DNA of 64,000 nt. Source: Candidatus Latescibacterota bacterium (GTDB lineage Bacteria; Latescibacterota; UBA2968). Below the pieces are notes generated by a model, which searched no databases, was not told the DNA's origin, and saw only the letters and a list, made by a program, of their open reading frames with translations. Location of the stretch: NCBI GenBank assembly GCA_965198115.1, contig OZ240241.1, positions 1,664,001 through 1,728,000 on the forward strand, given 5' to 3'. Positions 55,916 to 64,000 of the stretch are shown piece after piece. Numbering within the stretch: position 1 is the first letter of the stretch; every line of letters begins with the position of its first letter. A program made the translations under genes and the position numbers.

Positions 55916-58900
55916 GGCTTCCGGTCCGAGAGCGAGTAGATCGTCGGAATCAACACGAGGGTCACGAACGTGGAAAGCACCAGCCCGCCGATGACGGTGA
56001 TTGCCATGGGTGCCCGAATCTCTGCCCCCTGGCCGATCGGGAACACGACATTCAGCATCCCGATGGCCGTCGTGTGGATGAGCGCGGGCAAAACGGTGCC
56101 GAACGTCCGGTCGAACGCATCGACGATGGGCCTCAGGTTGAAGATTCCCAACGCCATGGGCAGGAGACCCAGCACCGTCGTCGACGTCGTCATGAGAATC
56201 GGTCGGAGTCGGACCCGACAGGCCTGCTCGATGGCCTCCAGCTTGGGGATGTGCTGCTCTCGCCGGAGGGTGTTGATGTAATCGATCAACACGATCGCAT
56301 TGTTAACGACGATGCCGGCAAGCATGATGAGCCCGATCAGAACCACGACGCTCACAGATTGTCCCGTCGCCAACAAAATCAGAATCACACCGACCAGACC
56401 AAAGGGGATGGAGAACATGATCACGAACGGATGCACCAACGATTCGAACTGCGATGCCATCACCAGATAGACGAGAAAGATGGCCAGCCCGATCGCCAAC
56501 CGCATGCTTTCGAACGATCGCTCCCGTTCTTCGTTCTGCCCGCCCACGCGGATGTTGTAATCGCTTGGGTAGGCCATGGCCGATAGCTCATCCTCGATAT
56601 CCCGTACAGCCTCACTCAGGTCTCGGCCTTCGAGGTTGGCCGAGACGATCGCCACGCGCTCCTGGTCGATGCGACGTATTTCGGCCGGTCCCATTTCGAC
56701 CTGTAGATCGGCGACCACCGCCAACGGGATCGGCGTCTGCGCACTCGCCGGGCTGATGATCAGTCGTCGAAGATCGTCGACCGTGCTCCTGTGCTCCTCG
56801 GACGCGCGAACGCGGATATCCACACGACGGTCGCCCCGGGTGAACTCCGTGGCCACTTCACCCTGCACCTGATTCCGAATGATCTGCCCGATCGAGAAGA
56901 TCGTCGTTCCCAGCTGGGCGACGCGTTTTCGGTTGAAACGGATCTGGACCTCTGGGTTCCCGCCTGCGGCACTCGTCTTCAAATCGGCGAGACCATCGAT
57001 TCCTTCGATTCGGTCTACGACCTCGTCCGACAACGTTCTGAGCGTCGCGAGATTGTATCCCGATACCTCCACCTCGATCGGCGTCTTCGACGAAAAGAGC
57101 GACGGCCGCGAGAACTTGCACTCGACGGATGGAAAGTCGGCCAGCGCAAGACGTAGCCGCTCCATCACCGCCTCCTCCTTGTCGCGTATCACCCCTTCGG
57201 CCAGCGCAACGTTGATCTGCGCGATGTTCTCCCGCTCTTCGGCCGATGACCCACCCGACGAGGTGCTCGATCCGACAATGCTGTAAACGGTCGTGACCTG
57301 GGGCTCCGCACGAATCGCCCGCTCGAGATCCCGTACCACCGCCTCCGTCAACGCCAGGGGTGTGCCGACCGGCATTTCGACCGCGATGATGAACTCGCCC
57401 TGGCTCATTTCGGGGATCAGCTCGCTTCCGAGAAATCGCACGAGACCCCCCGATGCCCCCAGAAACCCGATGGCGATCAGGATGACCACGAGTCGATGCC
57501 GCAGAGCCCAGTGGATGATGCGCGGGTAGATCGCATAGGCACGATCCATGATCATGTTGAACACGAAGAAAAACGGCGTCAGAAGCTTGAGCGCCCCTCG
57601 ACCGATGGCCGACAGCGTCCGACCGAACAGCGCGACGATTCGGGGAGCCGTCTTTCCTCGTTCATCCCCCGCAGCACGGCGCCGGCGCTCGACCTCTGCC
57701 ATTTCCGACATCCACCTGAATTCTAGAGAGGCCAGCATGGGAATAAGGGTCAGGGCGACGAGCAGAGAGGCGACGAGGGAGAAAGTCACCGTCAACGCCT
57801 GATCTCGAAACAGCTGGCCCGCGATCCCCTCGACGAACACGATCGGCACGAACACGCAAATCGTCGTCATCGTCGCAGCGATCACGGCCTGCCCGACTTC
57901 GCTCGCGCCAGTGTTCGTCGCCTCCAGTGCGTCCTTACCCTCTTCTCGGTGGCGCTGGACATTCTCGAGCACGACGATCGAGTTGTCGACGAGCATGCCG
58001 ATTCCGAGCGCCAACCCACCGAGTGACATGATGTTCAGACTGACCTCGGACACGAACATCAGGAAGAACGTCGCCACGACGGAAATGGGAATCGACAGAC
58101 TGATGATGGCCGTGCTCTTGGGGTTTCGCAAAAACAAATAGAGAATGATGATGGCCAGGAAGCCTCCCATGACCGCCGTGTTGAGAACCTCGGACACGGA
58201 CTCCCGGATGAAGACGGACTGGTCGAACACCACCTCCACGCGCGACATACCCAGCAGGGCGTCCCCGTCTTTTCGAAACTCCGCCAGAGCCTCGTGAACA
58301 CGCTGGGCGACGGTTACCGTGTTGGCGTCCCCCTCCTTGTAGACGGCGAGCTCAACGCTCTCCTGGCCGTTGATGCGCGTGATCACCTGGCGTTCTCGGT
58401 GACCCCGCTTGACCTGCCCGACGTCGCTGAGTGTGATGATCGCGCCGTCCCGGTCCCCCACGACGATGTCCCGGATCTCTTCGACCGACTTGAACTCATT
58501 CAGGGTTCGAACGAGGTATTCGGCCTCGCCGTCTTTCAGCTCCCCACCCGTCAGGTTCACGTTCTCCTGTCCTAGCCTCGAGACCACCTGATTCAGCGGG
58601 ATACGCAACGTCGCAAGTTTCGGCCCGTCCACGTCGATGTGGATTTCTTCCTCGAGCCCGCCGTTCACACGGACGGCCGCCACGCCCTCCAGGCTTTCTA
58701 ACTCCGATTTCAGGTGCTCCTCACCCAGCAGACGCAGTGCGATCAGGCTCTCTTCGCCATACAGACCGATCCGAATGATGGGATCGAGCGATGGATCGAA
58801 TCGAAGGAGAACGGGCTTGTCGACATCCTGGGGCAGCTGAAGACGGTCGAGCTTTTCCCGAATATTCAGGGAAGCGAAATCCATGTCGGTGCCCCAGGCG

Positions 58901-59184
58901 AACTCGACGACCACGTCCGAAACGCCAGGACGCGCGGTCGAACTCACCCGGATGACGTTCGTCACGACCCCCACAGCCCCTTCTACGGGTTCCGTAATGA
59001 GCCGTTCGATTTCGGAAGGTGCCGCGCCCTCATACTCGGTGCGGACCGTCACGGTAGGATAGGTGATGTCGGGAAGCAGGTTGATGGACAGCCGCTGGAA
59101 CGCGACCATCCCGAATATGAGCGCGGCCACGACGAACATCGTAACCGTCACTCGCCTGCGTGTGGAAAATCCGATGATCTTCAT
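55912..59184 (-). CDS. RND efflux transporter permease (AcrB/SwrC-like)
   Basis: LLPDITYP, GMLVDNSIVVLEN, LASQFES-like, GIVVNNAIVLID, RLRPILMTT; 1090 aa. Confidence 0.96.
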   Translation of the reverse strand: MKIIGFSTRRRVTVTMFVVAALIFGMVAFQRLSINLLPDITYPTVTVRTEYEGAAPSEIERLITEPVEGAVGVVTNVIRVSSTARPGVSDVVVEFAWGTDMDFASLNIREKLDRLQLPQDVDKPVLLRFDPSLDPIIRIGLYGEESLIALRLLGEEHLKSELESLEGVAAVRVNGGLEEEIHIDVDGPKLATLRIPLNQVVSRLGQENVNLTGGELKDGEAEYLVRTLNEFKSVEEIRDIVVGDRDGAIITLSDVGQVKRGHRERQVITRINGQESVELAVYKEGDANTVTVAQRVHEALAEFRKDGDALLGMSRVEVVFDQSVFIRESVSEVLNTAVMGGFLAIIILYLFLRNPKSTAIISLSIPISVVATFFLMFVSEVSLNIMSLGGLALGIGMLVDNSIVVLENVQRHREEGKDALEATNTGASEVGQAVIAATMTTICVFVPIVFVEGIAGQLFRDQALTVTFSLVASLLVALTLIPMLASLEFRWMSEMAEVERRRRAAGDERGKTAPRIVALFGRTLSAIGRGALKLLTPFFFVFNMIMDRAYAIYPRIIHWALRHRLVVILIAIGFLGASGGLVRFLGSELIPEMSQGEFIIAVEMPVGTPLALTEAVVRDLERAIRAEPQVTTVYSIVGSSTSSGGSSAEERENIAQINVALAEGVIRDKEEAVMERLRLALADFPSVECKFSRPSLFSSKTPIEVEVSGYNLATLRTLSDEVVDRIEGIDGLADLKTSAAGGNPEVQIRFNRKRVAQLGTTIFSIGQIIRNQVQGEVATEFTRGDRRVDIRVRASEEHRSTVDDLRRLIISPASAQTPIPLAVVADLQVEMGPAEIRRIDQERVAIVSANLEGRDLSEAVRDIEDELSAMAYPSDYNIRVGGQNEERERSFESMRLAIGLAIFLVYLVMASQFESLVHPFVIMFSIPFGLVGVILILLATGQSVSVVVLIGLIMLAGIVVNNAIVLIDYINTLRREQHIPKLEAIEQACRVRLRPILMTTSTTVLGLLPMALGIFNLRPIVDAFDRTFGTVLPALIHTTAIGMLNVVFPIGQGAEIRAPMAITVIGGLVLSTFVTLVLIPTIYSLSDRKP

Positions 59185-59197
59185 GTCGAGATCGCTA

Positions 59198-60556
59198 TCA
59201 ACCCCCGCGTCGTCCCATCGTCACGATGCCCTTTTCTGACAGCTCCCGCACGAAGGCTCGCCACTTTTCCGGGTCGGTGCCGATCTCCGGGTCCTTCTTC
59301 ACGCGCTCGTCGAAGATTTTCTTTGCCTTTGGGAAGCGCTCGAAAATACGTGCCTGGAAGCGCTTGATGTCCCCACCACCCACGCGCTGACCTCTTCCCC
59401 CGCCGCGGTCCTCCCAACCTCCCTCGTCCACGCGTCCCGCTGCCTCCGGTGGTGCAACCGAAGCCATCTGCGGTGGCGCATCGCCGACGATACGAACGGC
59501 CGTTCCCGGCCTCAGGCCGTCCTGCCCCACGGTGATGACGACATCCCCGTCCCCGAGTCCATCTGTCACCTCTAGCCGGTCGTTGTCGCTGAACCCGATG
59601 GAAATCTTCCGTCGCTCCGCTCGCCCGCCCTCTTCTGTCTTTGCGTAGACGAAGACCTGATTCCCCTCCCCCTCCAGCACGAGCGCCTTCTTTGGGATGA
59701 CCAGCGTGTTTCGGCGCGTCTCCGTGATGATGTAGACCGACGAAAACATCCCCGGGCGGAGGATCGTGTCGTGGCTCGAAGGGATTTCCACAGTGACTTT
59801 GACAGTCCCGCTCAGCGGGTCCACGATGGGGCTGATCATCTTTACTCGCCCACGGTAATCCCTGCCCGGAGCGCTCTCCACGGTAATGAGGGCCTCCTGG
59901 CCGGTCTGGATGTTGCCGATTTCCTTTTCCGGAACACGGATCCTCGCCAGAAGGGGGTCGAAATCCGCGACCGAAAACAGGATCTGATTGTTGCTCACGA
60001 CGTTGCCGATTTCGACAAGCCGCAACGTGACCGTTCCTTCGACCGGAGACGTAATGCGGGTAAAGTTGAGGTCTAGCTTGGCTTGCTCGTATTGTGCTCG
60101 TGCCCGATCCAACTGCGTTTTCGCGTTCTCGAACTGCTCCTCGCTCACCAGGTTCGATTCGAAAATTTTCTGTATCCGCGCGTGGTTCCGCTGGGCGTCC
60201 AGGAAAGCCACCTCCATCTGCCTGGCCTGCAACTCCGCATCGGCCGCATCGAGCCGCGCCAGGATGTCGCCCTCTCGCACCTTGTCGCCCTCCTCCACGA
60301 GAATGGCAACGACCTGACCCGGGCGACGGGAACGCACATCGACCCACCGCTCCGCTTCCAACGTCGTGTTCTTGAGGACGCTCTTCGAGATTTCACCACG
60401 TCGAATCGACTCCGCTTTGACCGGGACGGCAGCGCTCGGCCGACCACCTCCACGTCGTCCACCTCCTTGATTGGCACCCCGTGCCTGACGTGACTCTTCA
60501 GACCCACAGCTGCCAGCGAACAAGACGACCGTTAGGACGACGCACCACCGATTCAA
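59198..60556 (-). CDS. RND periplasmic adaptor (MFP) lipoprotein with C-terminal extension
   Basis: FAGSC lipobox, VEEGDKVREGD, ITSPVEG, LRPGMF, GLGDGD. Confidence 0.92.
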   Translation of the reverse strand: MNRWCVVLTVVLFAGSCGSEESRQARGANQGGGRRGGGRPSAAVPVKAESIRRGEISKSVLKNTTLEAERWVDVRSRRPGQVVAILVEEGDKVREGDILARLDAADAELQARQMEVAFLDAQRNHARIQKIFESNLVSEEQFENAKTQLDRARAQYEQAKLDLNFTRITSPVEGTVTLRLVEIGNVVSNNQILFSVADFDPLLARIRVPEKEIGNIQTGQEALITVESAPGRDYRGRVKMISPIVDPLSGTVKVTVEIPSSHDTILRPGMFSSVYIITETRRNTLVIPKKALVLEGEGNQVFVYAKTEEGGRAERRKISIGFSDNDRLEVTDGLGDGDVVITVGQDGLRPGTAVRIVGDAPPQMASVAPPEAAGRVDEGGWEDRGGGRGQRVGGGDIKRFQARIFERFPKAKKIFDERVKKDPEIGTDPEKWRAFVRELSEKGIVTMGRRGG

Positions 60557-60759
60557 GCCACACCCCTGAATTCAATAACCTGAGAAAAGCGTGCTGCAAG
60601 GGACGAAGGAGCCCCTTGATCGACCGGATCCGCGGGCAGCGATTCGACGAGAAGAAAGGCGGAAAAATTCCCGCCTCCGCACAGAAAGCGAGTGGTTACT
60701 AACATAGCAATATATAAAAAGGGCACCCGAGAACAACGCAAAATGCCCCAAATCCTTGA

Positions 60760-61170
60760 CTATTTCGCTTTTTCCTCGGTCGCGATTACAAATCTCCTGA
60801 TCCCCGACCCCTTGATCAGATCGAGAATCCGCATGACGTCTCCGTAGGGTAGTGCCCGATCCGCCCGGAGAACCAATCCGCCGCTCGCATCGACCTCGTT
60901 AGACGACGAAGTCAGAATGCCCTGGAGGACCTCCTCCGTAACAGGTTCACCATTGTAAGCCATTTTGCCATCCGAGCTGACGTTCAGGACGAAGTTCCTC
61001 TCTCGCTGAACCTGATCGGCGTTCTGCATGGAGGGCAGTTCGACCTTGAGCGCGGACTGCTCGATGAAACTGGTCGTCACCAGGAAGAAGGTCAGCAAGA
61101 GAAACAGCACATCGATTAGCGACGTGATGTTGATGTTCGGGCGTCGTCGTGCCGGGGTTTGTAGCCGCAC
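60760..61170 (-). CDS. exbD: Biopolymer transporter ExbD/TolR
   Basis: INITSLIDVLFLLLTFFLVT, LRAD. Confidence 0.92.
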   Translation of the reverse strand: MRLQTPARRRPNINITSLIDVLFLLLTFFLVTTSFIEQSALKVELPSMQNADQVQRERNFVLNVSSDGKMAYNGEPVTEEVLQGILTSSSNEVDASGGLVLRADRALPYGDVMRILDLIKGSGIRRFVIATEEKAK

Positions 61171-61172
61171 GT

Positions 61173-61814
61173 TCAGTCTGCCGATTCGGGTTTGCGCTGG
61201 GGGTCGGCCTGGAATCCGCGCAATTTCTTCAGGAGCATGTTGGAATGCTTCTCGATCTCCAGAACGAGGCCCTCCGCCTTCGTCGTGAAGTAGTTGAAGA
61301 ATACGAGCGCCGGAATCGCGATAAACAGACCGGCGGCCGTGGTCAGAATGGCCTCTGCGATGCCACCGGCCAAAAGGTTTCCCTTCCCCACCCCCACCTC
61401 GGAGATTTCCTGAAAGACTTTGATCATGCCGATCACGGTCCCAAGAAGACCCAGGAGTGGGGAGATGCTGGCCACAGTCTCAAGCACGACGAGACCGCGC
61501 TGAAGATCGCCCATTTCCTGGCGGCCCTGATCCACGATACTCTCACGAATCTCGTCAACCGGTAGGTCGCGGTTGTCCAACCCTGCCTGGATGACGTGCG
61601 CGAACGGCCCTTCGAAGCGGCCGCAAACCGAATGGGCGAGTCCAACATCCTCGGGACCACCGATGTTCTCGATGACGCTCACGATCTCCGGTCGGATGAT
61701 TCGCTGACGTCGCAGGCTGAACGCCCGCTCGATCGCGATCCCGAGTGCAAGTACCGAGCAAAGCAGGAGCGGATACATGATCATTCCGCCCTGCTGGAAC
61801 AGATCCCAAGCCAT
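61173..61814 (-). CDS. exbB: MotA/TolQ/ExbB proton channel protein
   Basis: GGMIMYPL, SPLLGLLGTVIGMI, GIAEAILTTAAGL; ATG 61814. Confidence 0.93.
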   Translation of the reverse strand: MAWDLFQQGGMIMYPLLLCSVLALGIAIERAFSLRRQRIIRPEIVSVIENIGGPEDVGLAHSVCGRFEGPFAHVIQAGLDNRDLPVDEIRESIVDQGRQEMGDLQRGLVVLETVASISPLLGLLGTVIGMIKVFQEISEVGVGKGNLLAGGIAEAILTTAAGLFIAIPALVFFNYFTTKAEGLVLEIEKHSNMLLKKLRGFQADPQRKPESAD

Positions 61815-61825
61815 ACACGGTTCTC

Positions 61826-62710
61826 CTACCTGGCTTCCCCATCGATGATATACGCGAAGGAGGCCCATATGCCCAGAAAGGGCTCCGGAAAATCCTCGGG
61901 CAGAGGCCGGAAGGGCGCGGACAGTTCGACCGCCTTCACGCTCGTTGTCAGCAACATGTTACTGCCACCCGGCACGAGTACGGTCAACCCCTCGAGCCGC
62001 CCATCGGGATAGATTCGAAACCTGAGTCTGTTCTTGCCTTCGATAGCGCCCAGACGACTGAACGCCGCGGGTGGAAAGATGTTGGACTGGATGCGACGCT
62101 TCAGATACTTGAGATAAGGAGCGAACTTCCAGCTGTATGTGCTGAGTTGAAGCGCACCTTCGTCGAGCGCCCGGGATGCCGTGTTGTCCGTGGCAATCGA
62201 TGCGGGTGCTGCGATCGGGCTACCAAACACCGCCTCTTCTCGCTGCGCCTGCGTCAACTGACCCTGTCGTCGGAGACCCTCGGCGCCCCGCTGGTCTTGA
62301 CGGAGTCGACGACCCGCTTCATCCCCCGGTTGTCTCGAATCGGTCTGTGAATGTGCGTTTCCAGGTCTCGATCGATCCCCGCCGATGCGCGTCTCGAAAG
62401 CTTCTTTGCTCTCGGCTATTCCCTCGCTATGAGCGAGGTCCGACCTGGGAAGGTCCGCTCGGCTCCTGTCTCTGGACGTGGCGTTTCGGTCCGACAGGAA
62501 TCGAGTTTCATCGGGCGCGACATCCTCGGCATTGGCCAGAGACTCCACGAATTCGAAAGCAAGTGGATCGGCTTCGGTCATGACCGGTTGGGAAGCCGAC
62601 GCATCGATCAATCGCCTTGCCGGTTCAAGAAACAGCAGAAACAATACGTGGAGTAGAATGGCGGCCGAATAGGCGGCTGTATATCGATTTGCAAGAGGAA
62701 AGTTCTGCAT
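61826..62710 (-). CDS. TonB/TolA-like protein (TonB C-terminal domain)
   Basis: N-terminal TM with SxxxxxH (SAAILLH), disordered linker, YLKYLKRRIQ...SAPFRPLP. Confidence 0.8.
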   Translation of the reverse strand: MQNFPLANRYTAAYSAAILLHVLFLLFLEPARRLIDASASQPVMTEADPLAFEFVESLANAEDVAPDETRFLSDRNATSRDRSRADLPRSDLAHSEGIAESKEAFETRIGGDRSRPGNAHSQTDSRQPGDEAGRRLRQDQRGAEGLRRQGQLTQAQREEAVFGSPIAAPASIATDNTASRALDEGALQLSTYSWKFAPYLKYLKRRIQSNIFPPAAFSRLGAIEGKNRLRFRIYPDGRLEGLTVLVPGGSNMLLTTSVKAVELSAPFRPLPEDFPEPFLGIWASFAYIIDGEAR

Positions 62711-62811
62711 GGAGTCCCATCGATCGACCAGAAGAGGCCGGAACGCTTAACAATATAGCCGGGGACCATGGCAGACAAGCGTAAAGCCCCGAAAGCCCGA
62801 CAGCTGGCCGG

Positions 62812-62848
62812 AAAAACAAAGGCTCGAGGGACAACTCCCTCGAGCCTT
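62812..62848 (-). terminator. Intrinsic terminator
   Basis: Perfect 12-bp stem AAGGCTCGAGGG/CCCTCGAGCCTT followed by TGTTTTT on the minus strand. Confidence 0.8.
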
Positions 62849-62890
62849 ACGCTGGAACACCAAAAGGGGTTCCAACTCATTTATGACAGT

Positions 62891-64000
62891 CTACTTCGCA
62901 AATACCATTCTGCGCGTATCCTGGTGACGGCCGGCCACGAGGCGATAGAAATAAACCCCACTGGCGACCCGCCGACCGAATGCATCCTCGCCATTCCACA
63001 CGACATTATAGTCGCCCGATGTCTGCACTTCGTTCACGAGGGACTTTATCTGTTGACCCAGAACATTGTAGACAGCGACGTGTACGGTGGAAGATTCACC
63101 GAGCGAGTAGCTAATAGTCGTCGAGGGATTGAAAGGATTCGGATAGTTCTGACCAAGAGAAAAGGACTTCATCTCCACCGGGTCCGCTTCCTCTTCCACA
63201 ACCAGGGCCCGCTTCGTCAACACGGGCGAACCGTAGCAATCGACGTGTCCGGCCAGGTTCGACACGAAGACCACATCTCGTGCCAGCGTCACCTGCCATC
63301 CGAGCAATCCGCCCTCGACCACAGCGTCTCTGGCCACGGCGATTCTGGAGGCCGGAGCATAGATCGTGCCCAGGAAGTGTACGCCTCGAGCCAGGCTGTT
63401 CGTGCGACGGTGTACGCCATTATTGTCGTCATCATCATCATCTCCCTCATCGTCATCGTCCGTCTCGCCACTATCCACGTGCTGGGGTGAAGCAATGTTG
63501 AAGAGAATGTCGGAGGCGCTTCCACCGTTGACGGACACGACCGCGCGTCTACCCAGCGTTAAGCGCTTGCTGATGTTGACGGTCACGGGGCCGTCTTCGA
63601 GGTCGAAGATCAGAGATGTCTGTTTGGCGAGGGAGAATCTTTCAAAGTAGTAAACACCACTGTGGAGCGTGACGGTCGATCCCTTCCGCGCATTCAGGTT
63701 ACCGTAAGCCGGCGTCGTCTCATCGTTTGGCGGTAGATCGATCGACTGATTCTTCCGGACTGTAATGTCCCTCGCGTCCTCGTAGTCGACCGATAGGATG
63801 ACAGGAGGAAGGTGGGCGGTTTCAACTTCGGCACCGGGCTCTACCGTCCCTTCAACGACAACGGTCCTGTGCAATCTGATCCGACCACCTGCCGTAATGT
63901 CTCCAGTGATGTGGTTGAACCTGGCGATCTGGACCGGGCCGGTCGTCAGGATGGAACCCTGAATCATTCCAGGGTCATCGGCTGTATGTCCGCGATCGAT
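62891..64000 (-). CDS. Secreted beta-helix-like protein with FlgD-Ig/T9SS-type C-terminal domain, 5' end outside window
   Basis: Frame is open to the window edge; FSLGQNYPNPFNPST...VYNVLGQ...WNG.D..G..VASGVYFYRL; GTIYAP beta-solenoid motif; Asp-rich loop. Confidence 0.85.
   Translation of the reverse strand: MDRGHTADDPGMIQGSILTTGPVQIARFNHITGDITAGGRIRLHRTVVVEGTVEPGAEVETAHLPPVILSVDYEDARDITVRKNQSIDLPPNDETTPAYGNLNARKGSTVTLHSGVYYFERFSLAKQTSLIFDLEDGPVTVNISKRLTLGRRAVVSVNGGSASDILFNIASPQHVDSGETDDDDEGDDDDDDNNGVHRRTNSLARGVHFLGTIYAPASRIAVARDAVVEGGLLGWQVTLARDVVFVSNLAGHVDCYGSPVLTKRALVVEEEADPVEMKSFSLGQNYPNPFNPSTTISYSLGESSTVHVAVYNVLGQQIKSLVNEVQTSGDYNVVWNGEDAFGRRVASGVYFYRLVAGRHQDTRRMVFAK

Noticed and set aside
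59181-60347. 388-aa alternative-frame ORF within the MFP gene
   Set aside because: Arg/Gly-rich off-frame translation without motifs

Overview
A GC-rich, gene-dense bacterial chromosome segment with about 55 genes. I recognised no rRNA, tRNA or CRISPR array. Several protein signatures suggest an FCB-superphylum organism such as a Latescibacterota-like MAG (inference): a short region-1.1-less sigma70, a LGQNYPNPFNPST T9SS/FlgD-type C-terminal domain, a dockerin/EF-hand C-terminal tag, and several Gfo/Idh/MocA enzymes plus a sulfatase. Housekeeping and metabolic content includes a YgfZ/GcvT-like protein, qor, murD, thrC, ltaE, an oppBCDF-type ABC transporter, hpnCDE squalene synthesis, comA, an RND efflux pair, TonB-ExbB-ExbD and sugar-catabolic enzymes. 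About eight genes carry single-base frameshifts, mostly in short homopolymers, which looks like long-read consensus error. One NtrC-family gene is genuinely disrupted by a precisely delimited 642-bp IS200-type element. The best candidates for undescribed biology are: (1) a porin + 14-heme cytochrome + atypical di-heme lipoprotein operon (candidate extracellular electron conduit) with a long structured 5' leader; (2) a cryptic FliG-like/transmembrane/FecR fusion split by one base in a G7 run, away from any flagellar cluster; (3) a unit behind tandem sigma28-like promoters encoding low-complexity proteins with a shared GNxLD C-terminal motif; (4) a T-box-like antiterminator/terminator upstream of an ArsR gene.
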